Positions 9,484-18,793 of a DNA stretch of 64,000 nt are shown one piece after another (within the stretch, counting starts at the first letter, position 1; each line of letters opens with the position of its first letter). The stretch covers positions 6,899 through 70,898 of the forward strand of contig DATMEZ010000202.1 of the NCBI GenBank assembly GCA_035556415.1. The letters are read 5' to 3'. Made by a program: the position numbers and the translations under genes. This stretch comes from Povalibacter sp. Lineage in GTDB: Bacteria; Pseudomonadota; Gammaproteobacteria; Steroidobacterales; Steroidobacteraceae. Below the pieces are notes generated by a model, which was not told the origin of the DNA, made no database searches, and saw only the letters and a program-made list of their open reading frames with translations.

Positions 9484-10648
9484 CCTGTCGATCGACCTGG
9501 TGCGTGGTGCCGGCATTCTCATGATCGCCGCGGACCATCTGGCGGGTGTCGCCGAGCGGCTGACGGGCGGCGTAGCCGTCAATCCTTTTCCGACCTGGAC
9601 GCGGCTCGGCTGGTCGAGCGCCGCAGAGTTCTTCGTCTTCTTCTCCGGTTACCTGATTGGCCTGGTGTACGCGCAGACGCTTCGGGCGCAGGGTCCGACG
9701 ATGCTGTATGTCCGGGCGCTGCATCGTTCGTGGCAGATCTACGTCGCCAACATCCTGGCGCTATGCGCGGTGTTGTTGCTGCTGCACACGCCGCTGTTCG
9801 GCAACGATGGACTCAACCGGTTCGTCTCGCTCTCCGCGATCGGCGGCGGCGATGCCCTGACCGGGCTGGTCTCGTTCCTGAGTCTGCAGTCGGCGCCGCC
9901 GTTCTTCGAGATCCTGCAGCTGTATGTGGTGCTGCTGGTGGTTGCGCCGCTGATGCTGCTGCTGGCGCGTGCCAGCGTGATATTCGTCGTGCTGTTCTCT
10001 GCGGCGTTGTGGTTGTGCGTGCAGCTCAACCCTTCGATCAACATCGCCGACTGGAACTTCAATCCATTCGCCTGGCAGTTGGTGTTCGTGCTGGGAATGA
10101 TGTGCAGCGTCGGCGACCTGTTCACGAAGCTGCGCACGCTGGTTCCGCGGCGCAGTCTCATCGTTGCCTGCGGCGCCTTCCTCGGTGTCGCGCTCGTGAT
10201 CAAGACCATCGACAAAGCCGGCTGGTCGGTGCCGTTGCTCGGATCGATCGACGTGACCGGCATCGACAAGGGCACGCTCGGCCCGTTGCGCCTGCTGCAC
10301 TTCCTGGTGTCGGTGGTGTTCGTGATGCAGCTCGTGCCGTCGAACGCGGCGATCGAGCGTTCGGTAGTGGCGCGTGCGATCACCAGCATCGGTCAGTACT
10401 CGCTCGAGTGCTTCTGCTTCAGCACTGTGCTGGTGTTCGCAGCGATTGGCCTGCTCAGCAACGCCGGTGACCTCAGTGCGCTGGCACTGCTGCCGGCTGG
10501 AGCAGTGGTGGTGGTGCTGGTGTGCCTGTTCGCTCCCGCGGTGCGCTGGATCAAGGCACAGCCGTGGCGCGGCGTGAAGAACAAGCCAGCCAGAATCGAG
10601 CGCGCCGCGCCGACGCCGCGACCAATGACGTTGGGAGATGTGCCGTGA
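9473..10648 (+). CDS. OpgC-family membrane succinyltransferase
   Basis: RDLSIDLVRG, GWSSAAEFFVFFSG, WNFNPFAWQ, DKGTLGPLRLLHFL, IGQYSL: OpgC (Rhodobacter-type) family motifs. Confidence 0.85.
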   Translation: MQRDLSIDLVRGAGILMIAADHLAGVAERLTGGVAVNPFPTWTRLGWSSAAEFFVFFSGYLIGLVYAQTLRAQGPTMLYVRALHRSWQIYVANILALCAVLLLLHTPLFGNDGLNRFVSLSAIGGGDALTGLVSFLSLQSAPPFFEILQLYVVLLVVAPLMLLLARASVIFVVLFSAALWLCVQLNPSINIADWNFNPFAWQLVFVLGMMCSVGDLFTKLRTLVPRRSLIVACGAFLGVALVIKTIDKAGWSVPLLGSIDVTGIDKGTLGPLRLLHFLVSVVFVMQLVPSNAAIERSVVARAITSIGQYSLECFCFSTVLVFAAIGLLSNAGDLSALALLPAGAVVVVLVCLFAPAVRWIKAQPWRGVKNKPARIERAAPTPRPMTLGDVP

Positions 10649-11793
10649 TCTGGATCCTCATGATCGTCGCGACGCTCAGCCTGCTGCTAGCACTGCATCC
10701 TTTCGTCACTTATCCGTTGTCGCTGCTGGCGCTGCGGGCGTGGCGCGGCCGTGACGACGAACAGCCGCACGTCCCGAGCCGGAATCTGAGCTTTGCCGTC
10801 TGCATGTGCGCCTACAACGAGGAACGGGTGATCGAGCAGAAGATCCAGAACCTGCTGCAGCTGCGCGCGCGCGAGCCGGGCTTGCAGATCCTGATCTACG
10901 TCGACGCCGCTTCCGATCGGACTGCCGAGATCCTGCGGCGCTACGAGTCGCAGATCTATCTGCACATTTCCCCGGAGCGGCACGGCAAGACCTATGGGAT
11001 GAACCTGCTGTCGGCGCACGCCAGCGCCGACGTGCTGGTCTTCACCGACGCCAACGTCATGCTGGATCCGGAGTGTCTGGACGACCTGCGCCGTCACTTC
11101 GCCGATCCGCAGGTGGGCTGCGTCTGCGGCAATCTGAACTACACCAATGGCGGGGCCTCGGTCACCGCATCCTCCGGCTCGCTGTACTGGCGGTTCGAGG
11201 AAGCGTTGAAGCGGCTGGAGTCGGACACCGGCTCGATGATGGGGGCAGACGGCTCGATCTTCGCCATCCGTCGCGACGCCCGACATGCGCCGCCGGTGCA
11301 CATCATCGACGACATGTACGTGTCGCTGATGGCGCTGGTCGACGGTTATCGCGTCATCCAGGCGCCCGACGTGCGTGCCTACGAGGAATCGGTCACGTGC
11401 TCCGCCGAGGAGTTCAGCCGCAAGGTGCGTATCGCCTGCCAGGCCTTCAACGTGCATCGACTGTTGTGGCCGCGCCTGCGCCGCGCCGATGCACTGACCC
11501 GCTACAAGTATGTGTCTCACAAGCTCATCCGCTGGCTGAGCATCTACTTCCTGATCTTGTCGGGCGTGGCCTTCCTGGCGGCGCTGCTGTTGGCGGGCCA
11601 CTCCACTGCCGCACTGAGTCTGCTGGCGATGGCACTGGTGTGCCTGATGCTCGGCCGCGCTTCGGTGCGGCCGTTTTCCCAGATCCTCGATGTACTGAGC
11701 GCGCTCGCCGGGGCGGGGCTGGGCGTATGGCGTTCGATTCGCGGCGAGCGCTACCAGACCTGGAATCCCGCGACCTCGATCCGAGGAGGTTGA
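10645..11793 (+). CDS. Glycosyltransferase family 2
   Basis: AYNEE, DAASD, FTDAN, GADGSIFAIRR, IDD. GTG start overlaps the upstream TGA. Confidence 0.9.
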   Translation: MIWILMIVATLSLLLALHPFVTYPLSLLALRAWRGRDDEQPHVPSRNLSFAVCMCAYNEERVIEQKIQNLLQLRAREPGLQILIYVDAASDRTAEILRRYESQIYLHISPERHGKTYGMNLLSAHASADVLVFTDANVMLDPECLDDLRRHFADPQVGCVCGNLNYTNGGASVTASSGSLYWRFEEALKRLESDTGSMMGADGSIFAIRRDARHAPPVHIIDDMYVSLMALVDGYRVIQAPDVRAYEESVTCSAEEFSRKVRIACQAFNVHRLLWPRLRRADALTRYKYVSHKLIRWLSIYFLILSGVAFLAALLLAGHSTAALSLLAMALVCLMLGRASVRPFSQILDVLSALAGAGLGVWRSIRGERYQTWNPATSIRGG

Positions 11794-11796
11794 GCA

Positions 11797-12786
11797 ATGG
11801 TTGGTTTTCTGCACGTCGCTCCACGGTTGCTGCTCGTCCTGCTCGGGCTGGCGGCAACGGCTGCCGGCGCCGCGCCGGCGAAACTTGGTGTCTATCAGGG
11901 CGCCGGCTGCACCGGCGTGCAGCGCATGCCGAAGTTCACTAGCTGGCTGGGACGCGGTCCGGACGTGGTGCTCGAATTCATCTCCTGGGACGTGCTGGAG
12001 AAGGGCGGCACCTGGGCTGTGAATTGCTGGAAGAAGGCCGGCCACGACTCGGTGGTGTTCTCGATGCCGATGTTGCCGGGCGGCAATCGCGCCACGCTGG
12101 CCGACGGCGCGGCCGGCAAGTTCGACGATCTGTTCAGTCGCTACGGCGCCGAGCTGGTCAAGCGCGGCTATGCCGACTCGGTGATCCGCATCGGCTGGGA
12201 ATTCAACTTCAACTGGTACGCCTGGAGGGCCAGTGCGGATCCGCAGAGCTGGGTTGCCTACTGGCGTCGCATCGTCTCGGTGCTGCGCTCGGTGCCGGGC
12301 CAGAACTTCAAGTTCGACTGGTGTCCGGCCGCCGGCGGTTCGTTCAAGGTGGAGAGCGTGTACCCGGGCGACGACGTGGTCGACATCATCGGCATGGATT
12401 TCTACAACGTGCCGGTCGATCAGAAGTCGGTCACGCCCGAGCAGCGCTGGGAGTCGCGCATGAACATGAAGTACGGGCTGAAATGGCACCGTGACTTCGC
12501 CGTGCAGCACGGCAAGCAGATGTCGTATCCGGAGTGGGGCACCGGCAAGCGCAAGGACGGCGCCGGCGGCGGTGACGATCCGTACTTCATCGACCAGATG
12601 GCGCAGTGGATCGCCGACAACGAGGTCGCCTACCACAACTACTGGGATTTCACGGCCAAGGACTTCAACGCCAAACTTTCCGACAACCACCAGCCGAACG
12701 CGGCCGAAGCCTTCCGCCGCAACTTCGGCGGCAACGCCAAGCAACCGCAGCCGCCGGTGCTCCATCAGCGCGGCCGGACTCCCTGA
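11797..12786 (+). CDS. Secreted glycoside hydrolase family 26 (beta-mannanase-like)
   Basis: Signal peptide; IRIGWEFNFNWYAW (acid/base Glu), YPGDDVVDIIGMDFY, YPEWG (nucleophile Glu). Confidence 0.88.
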   Translation: MVGFLHVAPRLLLVLLGLAATAAGAAPAKLGVYQGAGCTGVQRMPKFTSWLGRGPDVVLEFISWDVLEKGGTWAVNCWKKAGHDSVVFSMPMLPGGNRATLADGAAGKFDDLFSRYGAELVKRGYADSVIRIGWEFNFNWYAWRASADPQSWVAYWRRIVSVLRSVPGQNFKFDWCPAAGGSFKVESVYPGDDVVDIIGMDFYNVPVDQKSVTPEQRWESRMNMKYGLKWHRDFAVQHGKQMSYPEWGTGKRKDGAGGGDDPYFIDQMAQWIADNEVAYHNYWDFTAKDFNAKLSDNHQPNAAEAFRRNFGGNAKQPQPPVLHQRGRTP

Positions 12787-12797
12787 GGAAGCGCACC

Positions 12798-13928
12798 GTG
12801 CAGGCTCACGCTCCAGCAGCCCGGCGCGCCGACTTCAATGTCGGCCTGAACGGCTATCGCGGACTGTGCGCGCTGGTCGTGTTCGTCTATCACCTGGGCA
12901 GCTCGGGCATCCTGCCGTGGCCGTCCGGTTCGCCGGTGGCCGATGGCGTGGCGTATCTGTGGAATGCGCTCGCCTACGGCGTCGAGATGTTCTTCATGAT
13001 CAGCGGCTTCGTCATCCTGGGAAGCCTGCTGCGCCATGCCACGGTCGGCGGCTTTCTCAAGGACCGTTTCGTGCGGATCTTCTCGGCGTGGGTGCCGGCG
13101 CTGATTGCGCTCACCCTGGTTTCCATCGTGTTTGCGATCAAGCCGTTCGACGACGCCAGTCCGGTAGGAGCGGCCGGGCTGTTCTTCGGCAATCTGCTGC
13201 TGTTGCCGCCGATCGCCCCGTTCCCGATGGTGCACCGAGGCTCGTGGAGCTTGAGCTACGAATGGGTGTTCTATCTGCTGGCGGCCGCGGGTGTGCTGCT
13301 GTATCGGCGCGTGCCGTCGCGAAACTGGATGATCGTGCTGTGGGCGACTGTCGCGGCGGCGTTCATCTGCCTGTTCCCGCGTTCGCTGTTCTTCGTCACC
13401 GGCGTGCTGGTGTTCAAGTACCGCGATTGGTTCGCACAGCACCTGCGCTGGCTGCGCTTTCCGTTGCTCAGCTTCCTGCTGTTCCTGATCGCGTGGCGTT
13501 ACACCGGCGTCATGAAGGCGCATCTCACCATCACCATGGTCGACTTCCTGTGGGACGGCCGCTGGATCGCGGTGCTGGTGGCGTTGCTCGCTTCCCTACA
13601 CATGTTCGCCAGCATCTGCCTGAACGGCAGCCGCCAGACGGCGTTCCTGCGCGGACCGACGTTCCAGTTCCTCGGCAACATCAGCTACAGCTTCTATCTC
13701 TGGCACACGCTGGCGATGGGCCTGGTCAAGCGGTTGGTGGTGCCGTACGTGGTGCCGCATTACGGCGAGGTGGTCGGCCTGATCGTCTTCGGCGTCGCGA
13801 GCCTCGCGATCGCGCTGCCGGTCTCGTGGGCTTCGTGGAAGCTGTTCGAGGGCTGGCTGGCCAAGAGCGCGCGCCGCGCGCTGTCTTCGCAATCGAATAT
13901 GGGGAGAGAGTTGCGTGCAACGACTTGA
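12798..13928 (+). CDS. Acyltransferase_3 (OafA/GumF-like) O-acyltransferase
   Basis: LNGYRG..H, GVEMFFMISGFVI, RFVRI, WSLSYEWVFY, LGNISYSFYLWH. Confidence 0.9.
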   Translation: MQAHAPAARRADFNVGLNGYRGLCALVVFVYHLGSSGILPWPSGSPVADGVAYLWNALAYGVEMFFMISGFVILGSLLRHATVGGFLKDRFVRIFSAWVPALIALTLVSIVFAIKPFDDASPVGAAGLFFGNLLLLPPIAPFPMVHRGSWSLSYEWVFYLLAAAGVLLYRRVPSRNWMIVLWATVAAAFICLFPRSLFFVTGVLVFKYRDWFAQHLRWLRFPLLSFLLFLIAWRYTGVMKAHLTITMVDFLWDGRWIAVLVALLASLHMFASICLNGSRQTAFLRGPTFQFLGNISYSFYLWHTLAMGLVKRLVVPYVVPHYGEVVGLIVFGVASLAIALPVSWASWKLFEGWLAKSARRALSSQSNMGRELRATT

Positions 13929-15186
13929 AGCAGTTGCGCCGGTGGGATTGAAGTGCCTGTGGATATCGCGTTACGTGCCGTATCCGCTGGACGGCGGCGC
14001 CAAGGTGTATTCGGCGAAGCTGGCCGAATCCCTGGCGGCCACCGGCGCCACCGTGCGTTTTCTGGGCTTCGGCGATACCAATGCCGTGCCGAGCGATGCG
14101 GCCGGCATGCAATGGATCGGCGTGCCGCATGGCAAGCGCAACGAAATCGCCGCGCTGTTCAGCTCCTTGCCCAATGCCGCGGCCATCGATGCAACCAGCG
14201 CCTACAAGTCCTTGCTGGACGAGCAGCTGCGAGAGCGCTGGGATGCGATCGTGCTCGACGGCTACGGATCGGGCTGGGCGCTCGATCGCTGCCTGGCGCA
14301 TTGCGCCAGGCGGCGGCGACGCCGGCCGGTGCTGGTGCACGTGTCGCACAACGACGAGGAGAGCGTGTGGTTCTCCCTGTCACGGCAGGCGCAAACCTCG
14401 CTGCCCCGGCGTCTGGCGTTCTGGCAGAACTATCTCAAGGTGCGTGCGTTGGAGCGGCGCGTGGCGCGCAATGTCGACCTGCTCACCACGATCACCGAAG
14501 AGGATCGTCAGTCGCTGAGCTCGCGAGCGCATTCGGTGAGATCGATGACGCTCACGCCGGGCTACGCCGGCGAGACGGCGCGGCCGCGTGTCATCACTGC
14601 CGACACGCCGCGTCGCGCCATCGTCGTCGGCTCGTTCTTCTGGGTGATGAAGCAGGAGAACTTGAAGCGCTTTCTCGATGCGGCCGACCCGATTTTCCAG
14701 CGCAACGGCATTGGCCTGGACATCGTCGGCGAAGTGCCGCCGGCGCTGCTGGAGCATTTCAGCACACGCTGTCAGGCCACCCGTTTTCACGGTTTCGTCG
14801 ACGACATGACCGATCTGATGTCGCAGGCGCGCGTGGCCGTGGTGCCCGAGGTGATCGGCGGCGGCTTCAAGCTGAAGTTCCTGGACTACATCTTCGCGCG
14901 CGTGCCGGTCGCCACCTTGCATCAGGCGGCAGCGGGGCTGCCGCCGTCGCTGCGTGAGCACACGCTGGCGGGCGACGATCTGCCGGAATTGATCGAGGCC
15001 ATCGTGGCGCACATCGACCGGCTGGAGCAGCTCAACCAGATGCAGCAGCACGCACTGGACGTCGCTTCGGCCATGTTCAGGTGGGAGGACCGCGGCGTGC
15101 AGCTCGGTGAGGCGATCGCGAACGTGCAGCGCGAGCAGTTCGGCGCCTCGCGACAAGTGACCTGGGGATTCGGCCGGGCGGGTTAG
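13915..15186 (+). CDS. Glycosyltransferase family 4 (GT-B)
   Basis: PYPLDGGAK, SHNDE, GFVDD, PEVIGGGFKLK. Confidence 0.85.
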   Translation: MQRLEAVAPVGLKCLWISRYVPYPLDGGAKVYSAKLAESLAATGATVRFLGFGDTNAVPSDAAGMQWIGVPHGKRNEIAALFSSLPNAAAIDATSAYKSLLDEQLRERWDAIVLDGYGSGWALDRCLAHCARRRRRRPVLVHVSHNDEESVWFSLSRQAQTSLPRRLAFWQNYLKVRALERRVARNVDLLTTITEEDRQSLSSRAHSVRSMTLTPGYAGETARPRVITADTPRRAIVVGSFFWVMKQENLKRFLDAADPIFQRNGIGLDIVGEVPPALLEHFSTRCQATRFHGFVDDMTDLMSQARVAVVPEVIGGGFKLKFLDYIFARVPVATLHQAAAGLPPSLREHTLAGDDLPELIEAIVAHIDRLEQLNQMQQHALDVASAMFRWEDRGVQLGEAIANVQREQFGASRQVTWGFGRAG

Positions 15187-15217
15187 CGATCGAAGTCAAA
15201 GCATGACGAGGAGAACT

Positions 15218-15967
15218 ATGGACGCAGCTCAACGTATCGGCAGGGAGCGCGACTTTCACAATCAAAGGTTCGAAGACGATTCCGTGCGCGAACAGCGTGT
15301 TCGCAAGTTCTACGACGCCATCAGCTATGGCTTCGAGCTGTATCGACGGCGCGTGCGCGAAGAAAGCGCCGATCGCGTCGTGCTCGAATACGGTTGCGGC
15401 GCCGAGAGCCTGGCGTTCGAGATCGCGGCGACGGCGCGGCAGGTCACGGGTATCGACATTTCGGACGTAGCGATCCACCAGGCCCAGAACCAGCTCGCCC
15501 AGTACGATCTGTGCAATCTGAAATTCGTGGTGGACAACGCCGAGGACATGCGGCTGGCCGATCAGAGCATCGACGTGGTCGCCGGCAGCGGCATCGTCCA
15601 TCACCTGGACATCCAGCGGGCGATGCAGGAGTTGAGGCGCGTGCTGCGCCCGGGTGGCATTGCCATCTTCGCCGAGCCCATGGGCCACAACCCGGTGGTC
15701 AACTGGTATCGCAACCGCACCCCGGAGCTGCGCACGCCGGACGAGCATCCGCTGCTGGCCAGTGACCTGCGCGTCATGGCGCGCGGGTTCAAGTCGGCGA
15801 AGGTGACGTACTTCGGGCTGGTTGCGCCGTTGCTGGCGTTCCTGACGCCGGAGCCCAAGGCCGAAGCACGGCTGACGCGGGTCGTCTGGTGGCTGGACCG
15901 GATGCTGTGCCGCATTCCGCTGCTGCATCGCTACGCCTGGTTCTGTTGCGTGGAGCTGCGCGCTTGA
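15218..15967 (+). CDS. Class I SAM-dependent methyltransferase
   Basis: VLEYGCG, GIDIS, HHLD, RVLRPGG; SD GAGGAG upstream. Confidence 0.9.
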   Translation: MDAAQRIGRERDFHNQRFEDDSVREQRVRKFYDAISYGFELYRRRVREESADRVVLEYGCGAESLAFEIAATARQVTGIDISDVAIHQAQNQLAQYDLCNLKFVVDNAEDMRLADQSIDVVAGSGIVHHLDIQRAMQELRRVLRPGGIAIFAEPMGHNPVVNWYRNRTPELRTPDEHPLLASDLRVMARGFKSAKVTYFGLVAPLLAFLTPEPKAEARLTRVVWWLDRMLCRIPLLHRYAWFCCVELRA

Positions 15968-15977
15968 GCGGACCGGC

Positions 15978-17330
15978 ATGAAAGTCGTCTTCGTATCGAC
16001 CTTGTACGCACCGAACGAGCGCGGCGGCGCCGAGCGCACGGTGCGCATCCTGGCCGAGGCGTTGGTTGCGGCCGGGCATGAAGCGGTCGCCATCAGCCTC
16101 GCGCCCGATGGTGTTGCTCGTGAGGGCGTGGTCAACGGTGTGAAGACGTATTACGTGCCGCTCGCCAATATTTTCTGGAAGCAGTCGGAAGAGCCGCGAA
16201 GCCGCCTCTCGCGCATGCTGTGGCACGGCATCGATGCCTGGAATCCTGTGATGGCCGCGCGCGTGGCCAGGATCCTGCGGCGCGAGCGACCGGATGTGGT
16301 GCAGACCGGAAATCTGCAAGGCTTCTCGGTTGCGTTGTGGGGTGCCGTGCGGCGCCAGCGGATTCCGCTGGTGCAGATGCTCCACGACTATTATCTCGGC
16401 TGTCCGAAGTCGACGATGACGGTGGGCGAACATAACTGTGCCGTGCAGTGCCGTTCGTGCCGCCTGTTCGCGATTCCGCGGCGTGCGCATTCGAATCTGC
16501 CGGCCGCGGTGATCAGCCTGAGCCGTCGCATGCTGACGCGACTCGAAGACACTGGCTTGTTCGCGGACGTACCGCACAAGTACATCATTCACGGCATCAA
16601 CAAGGCGGACCCGGCGACCGTGCCGCGCGAGAACAAGGCGCCGGGCGCGTCCATCGTGGTCGGCTATCTCGGCCGCATCGAGAACACCAAGGGCATCGAG
16701 GTGCTGCTGGACGCGGCCAGCCGGTTGCCGGCTTCGCAGCTCACGGTGCTGCTCGGCGGCAAGGGCGACGACGACTATGCCGCATCGCTGCGGCAGCGCC
16801 ATGCCGCCGCCAACATCCGCTTCCTGGGCTTCGTCAAGCCGGCCGAATTCTTCCGCCAGATCGATGTGCTGGTGGTGCCCTCGGTGTGGGAGGAGCCGCT
16901 CGGCCGCGTGATCTACGAAGGCTACGCGCACGGCGTGCCGTCGCTGGTCGCGAACGTGGGTGGCATGCCGGAGATCGTCGCTGCCGGCAGCACCGGCTAT
17001 GTTTTCCGTTCGGGTGACAGCACCGATCTGGCCGCGCGACTGCGCCGCCTGATCGACAATGGTTTGCCCGGCCGGGATTTCTTCGAAGCGTGCGTCGCGC
17101 GCAGCCGCGATTTCGGCGTGGAACGCGTGTTCGGCGAGTACCTGAAAGTGTGGGACGCCGCGATTCGCGAGCAGTCCGGCTCCGGCCTGTCATTTCCGCG
17201 CAAGCGGGAATCCGCTTTGCAACCGATGGACTCCCATGCCCGATCGGGCCGGGAGCAGGCTCTGCATGGCGATGGCAATCCGGTCGACACGTTGCACCAG
17301 GAGCCCGCCAAGAGAGTGGGCTCGCCGTGA
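15978..17330 (+). CDS. Glycosyltransferase family 4
   Basis: GGAE, HDY, YLGRIENTKG, VVPSVWEEPLGRVIYE, GGMPE; Cys cluster C..NC..C..C. Confidence 0.9.
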   Translation: MKVVFVSTLYAPNERGGAERTVRILAEALVAAGHEAVAISLAPDGVAREGVVNGVKTYYVPLANIFWKQSEEPRSRLSRMLWHGIDAWNPVMAARVARILRRERPDVVQTGNLQGFSVALWGAVRRQRIPLVQMLHDYYLGCPKSTMTVGEHNCAVQCRSCRLFAIPRRAHSNLPAAVISLSRRMLTRLEDTGLFADVPHKYIIHGINKADPATVPRENKAPGASIVVGYLGRIENTKGIEVLLDAASRLPASQLTVLLGGKGDDDYAASLRQRHAAANIRFLGFVKPAEFFRQIDVLVVPSVWEEPLGRVIYEGYAHGVPSLVANVGGMPEIVAAGSTGYVFRSGDSTDLAARLRRLIDNGLPGRDFFEACVARSRDFGVERVFGEYLKVWDAAIREQSGSGLSFPRKRESALQPMDSHARSGREQALHGDGNPVDTLHQEPAKRVGSP

Positions 17331-18793
17331 GCGCGAATCCGGCTCTCATGACACCGTTGCCGGCGTCGCCGAAGGCGATGATGAGCACGCGCGAGCTCGA
17401 CCGCAAGGCGTCCTCGTCGCTGCTGTGGCAGAGCGGCAAGATCTCCATTCACCTGCTGCAATACATCGTGCTGGCACGCCTGGTGCTGCCGGCCGAGTTC
17501 GGCAAGTTCGCGCTGACCTTGCCGCTGTTCCTGATACTGCAAGCGATCAACGACGGCGGCCTGAGCACCGCGACGGTGACCGGCAAGGAATACGACGCGC
17601 GGCTGGCCTCGAATCTGTGGTGGACGCAGGTCGCACTGGGAGTCGGGGTTGCGGTCGTGATGCTGCTGGGGTCGCCGCTGCTGGCTGCGATGTTCGGCGT
17701 GCCCGATCTGGTCGCCATCGGCGCCGGGCTGGCCCTGAGTCTGGTGATCGAGTCGTGGGGCCTGCAATCGCGTGCCAATCTGCGACGCGAGATGATGGTG
17801 GGGCGCCTGGCGATGGTGGAGATCGGTGGCCTAGCGCTCGGTGTAACCGCCGCCTGGATCGGATCGTACTGGACCCGTAGCGTCGAATTGCTGGTGCTCG
17901 CGCAGCTCGTCGGCGCCGCCGGCCGGACGCTGATGGCATTCTCGTTCGCGCCGCTGCGACCGCGCAAGTTCTCCGCCACGCCTGAGTATCGCAGCGCCCT
18001 GCGCACCGGCTGGCATGTGGTCGGATCGGATCTGCTCAGCATCACGCGTGCGCAGTGTCCGACCATCGTGATCGGTTTCTTCATGGTGCTGACGGAGGTC
18101 GGCCTGTTCAACCGGGCCAATCAGCTGCTGAGCGTGCCGCTCACGCTGCTGGCGCCGGCGATGGCGAATTTCCTGCTGCCGTTGCTGTCGCGCACGCGCG
18201 AGACGCCGGGAGAATTCCAGCAGCACGTGGTGCGCACGCAGCGGCTGTTCCTGGCGGTGGCGATACCGGTCAGCGTGTGGATCGCCGTGGGCCCGACCCA
18301 GCTGATCGCGCTGGTGCTCGGGCCGGAATGGACGCCGGTGGTGCCGATCCTGCAAGCCTTGAGCCCGCTGTTCATGTCGCAGGTGCTGGCGACGGTGACG
18401 CGCATGACGCTGCTCGCCTCCGAGCAGTCGCATGTCGATCGCCTGTTCTCGTTCCTGAATCTGATCCTGACGGCGGCGGCGGTATTGGCAGCGGTGCCGT
18501 TCGGTATCCTGGGAGTGGCGCTGGCATTGTCGCTTTCGGGAATCCTGCTGCGGGCGCCGCTGCTCGCCTGGTTGGCGATTCGCAAGGGCAGCCAGACGCT
18601 CGCCAGCGTCATGGACGGCCTGCGCGTCATCGCCCTGCTGGCGGCGATCTCGGCTGCTGGTTTGCTGTTGTGCCGGCTGCTGCCGGTGCCCGGCGTCGTC
18701 AAGGACGTTCTGGGTCTGTTCGTCGTGGCCGGCGTCAGTGCCGTCGCGCTCATCGTCATCGTCCGCCGCAGGAGCAGGGAGTCAGCTGCATGA
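17327..18793 (+). CDS. Wzx/GumJ-like oligosaccharide flippase
   Basis: LARLVLPAEFG, DGGL, VGLFNRA, about 12 TMs; GTG overlaps the upstream stop. Confidence 0.85.
   Translation: MSANPALMTPLPASPKAMMSTRELDRKASSSLLWQSGKISIHLLQYIVLARLVLPAEFGKFALTLPLFLILQAINDGGLSTATVTGKEYDARLASNLWWTQVALGVGVAVVMLLGSPLLAAMFGVPDLVAIGAGLALSLVIESWGLQSRANLRREMMVGRLAMVEIGGLALGVTAAWIGSYWTRSVELLVLAQLVGAAGRTLMAFSFAPLRPRKFSATPEYRSALRTGWHVVGSDLLSITRAQCPTIVIGFFMVLTEVGLFNRANQLLSVPLTLLAPAMANFLLPLLSRTRETPGEFQQHVVRTQRLFLAVAIPVSVWIAVGPTQLIALVLGPEWTPVVPILQALSPLFMSQVLATVTRMTLLASEQSHVDRLFSFLNLILTAAAVLAAVPFGILGVALALSLSGILLRAPLLAWLAIRKGSQTLASVMDGLRVIALLAAISAAGLLLCRLLPVPGVVKDVLGLFVVAGVSAVALIVIVRRRSRESAA

Noticed and set aside
10687-12765. 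692-aa minus-strand ORF, and similar long antisense ORFs such as 45991-48027, 8110-9582, 30999-32489 and 20597-22066
   Set aside because: Shadow frames opposite clear genes; expected from high-GC codon bias; no motifs.
18055-18789. Apparent 245-aa N-terminal extension of the ExoV-GumI ORF
   Set aside because: Out-of-frame overlap with the flippase; the real start is the ATG at 18790 overlapping the flippase stop.
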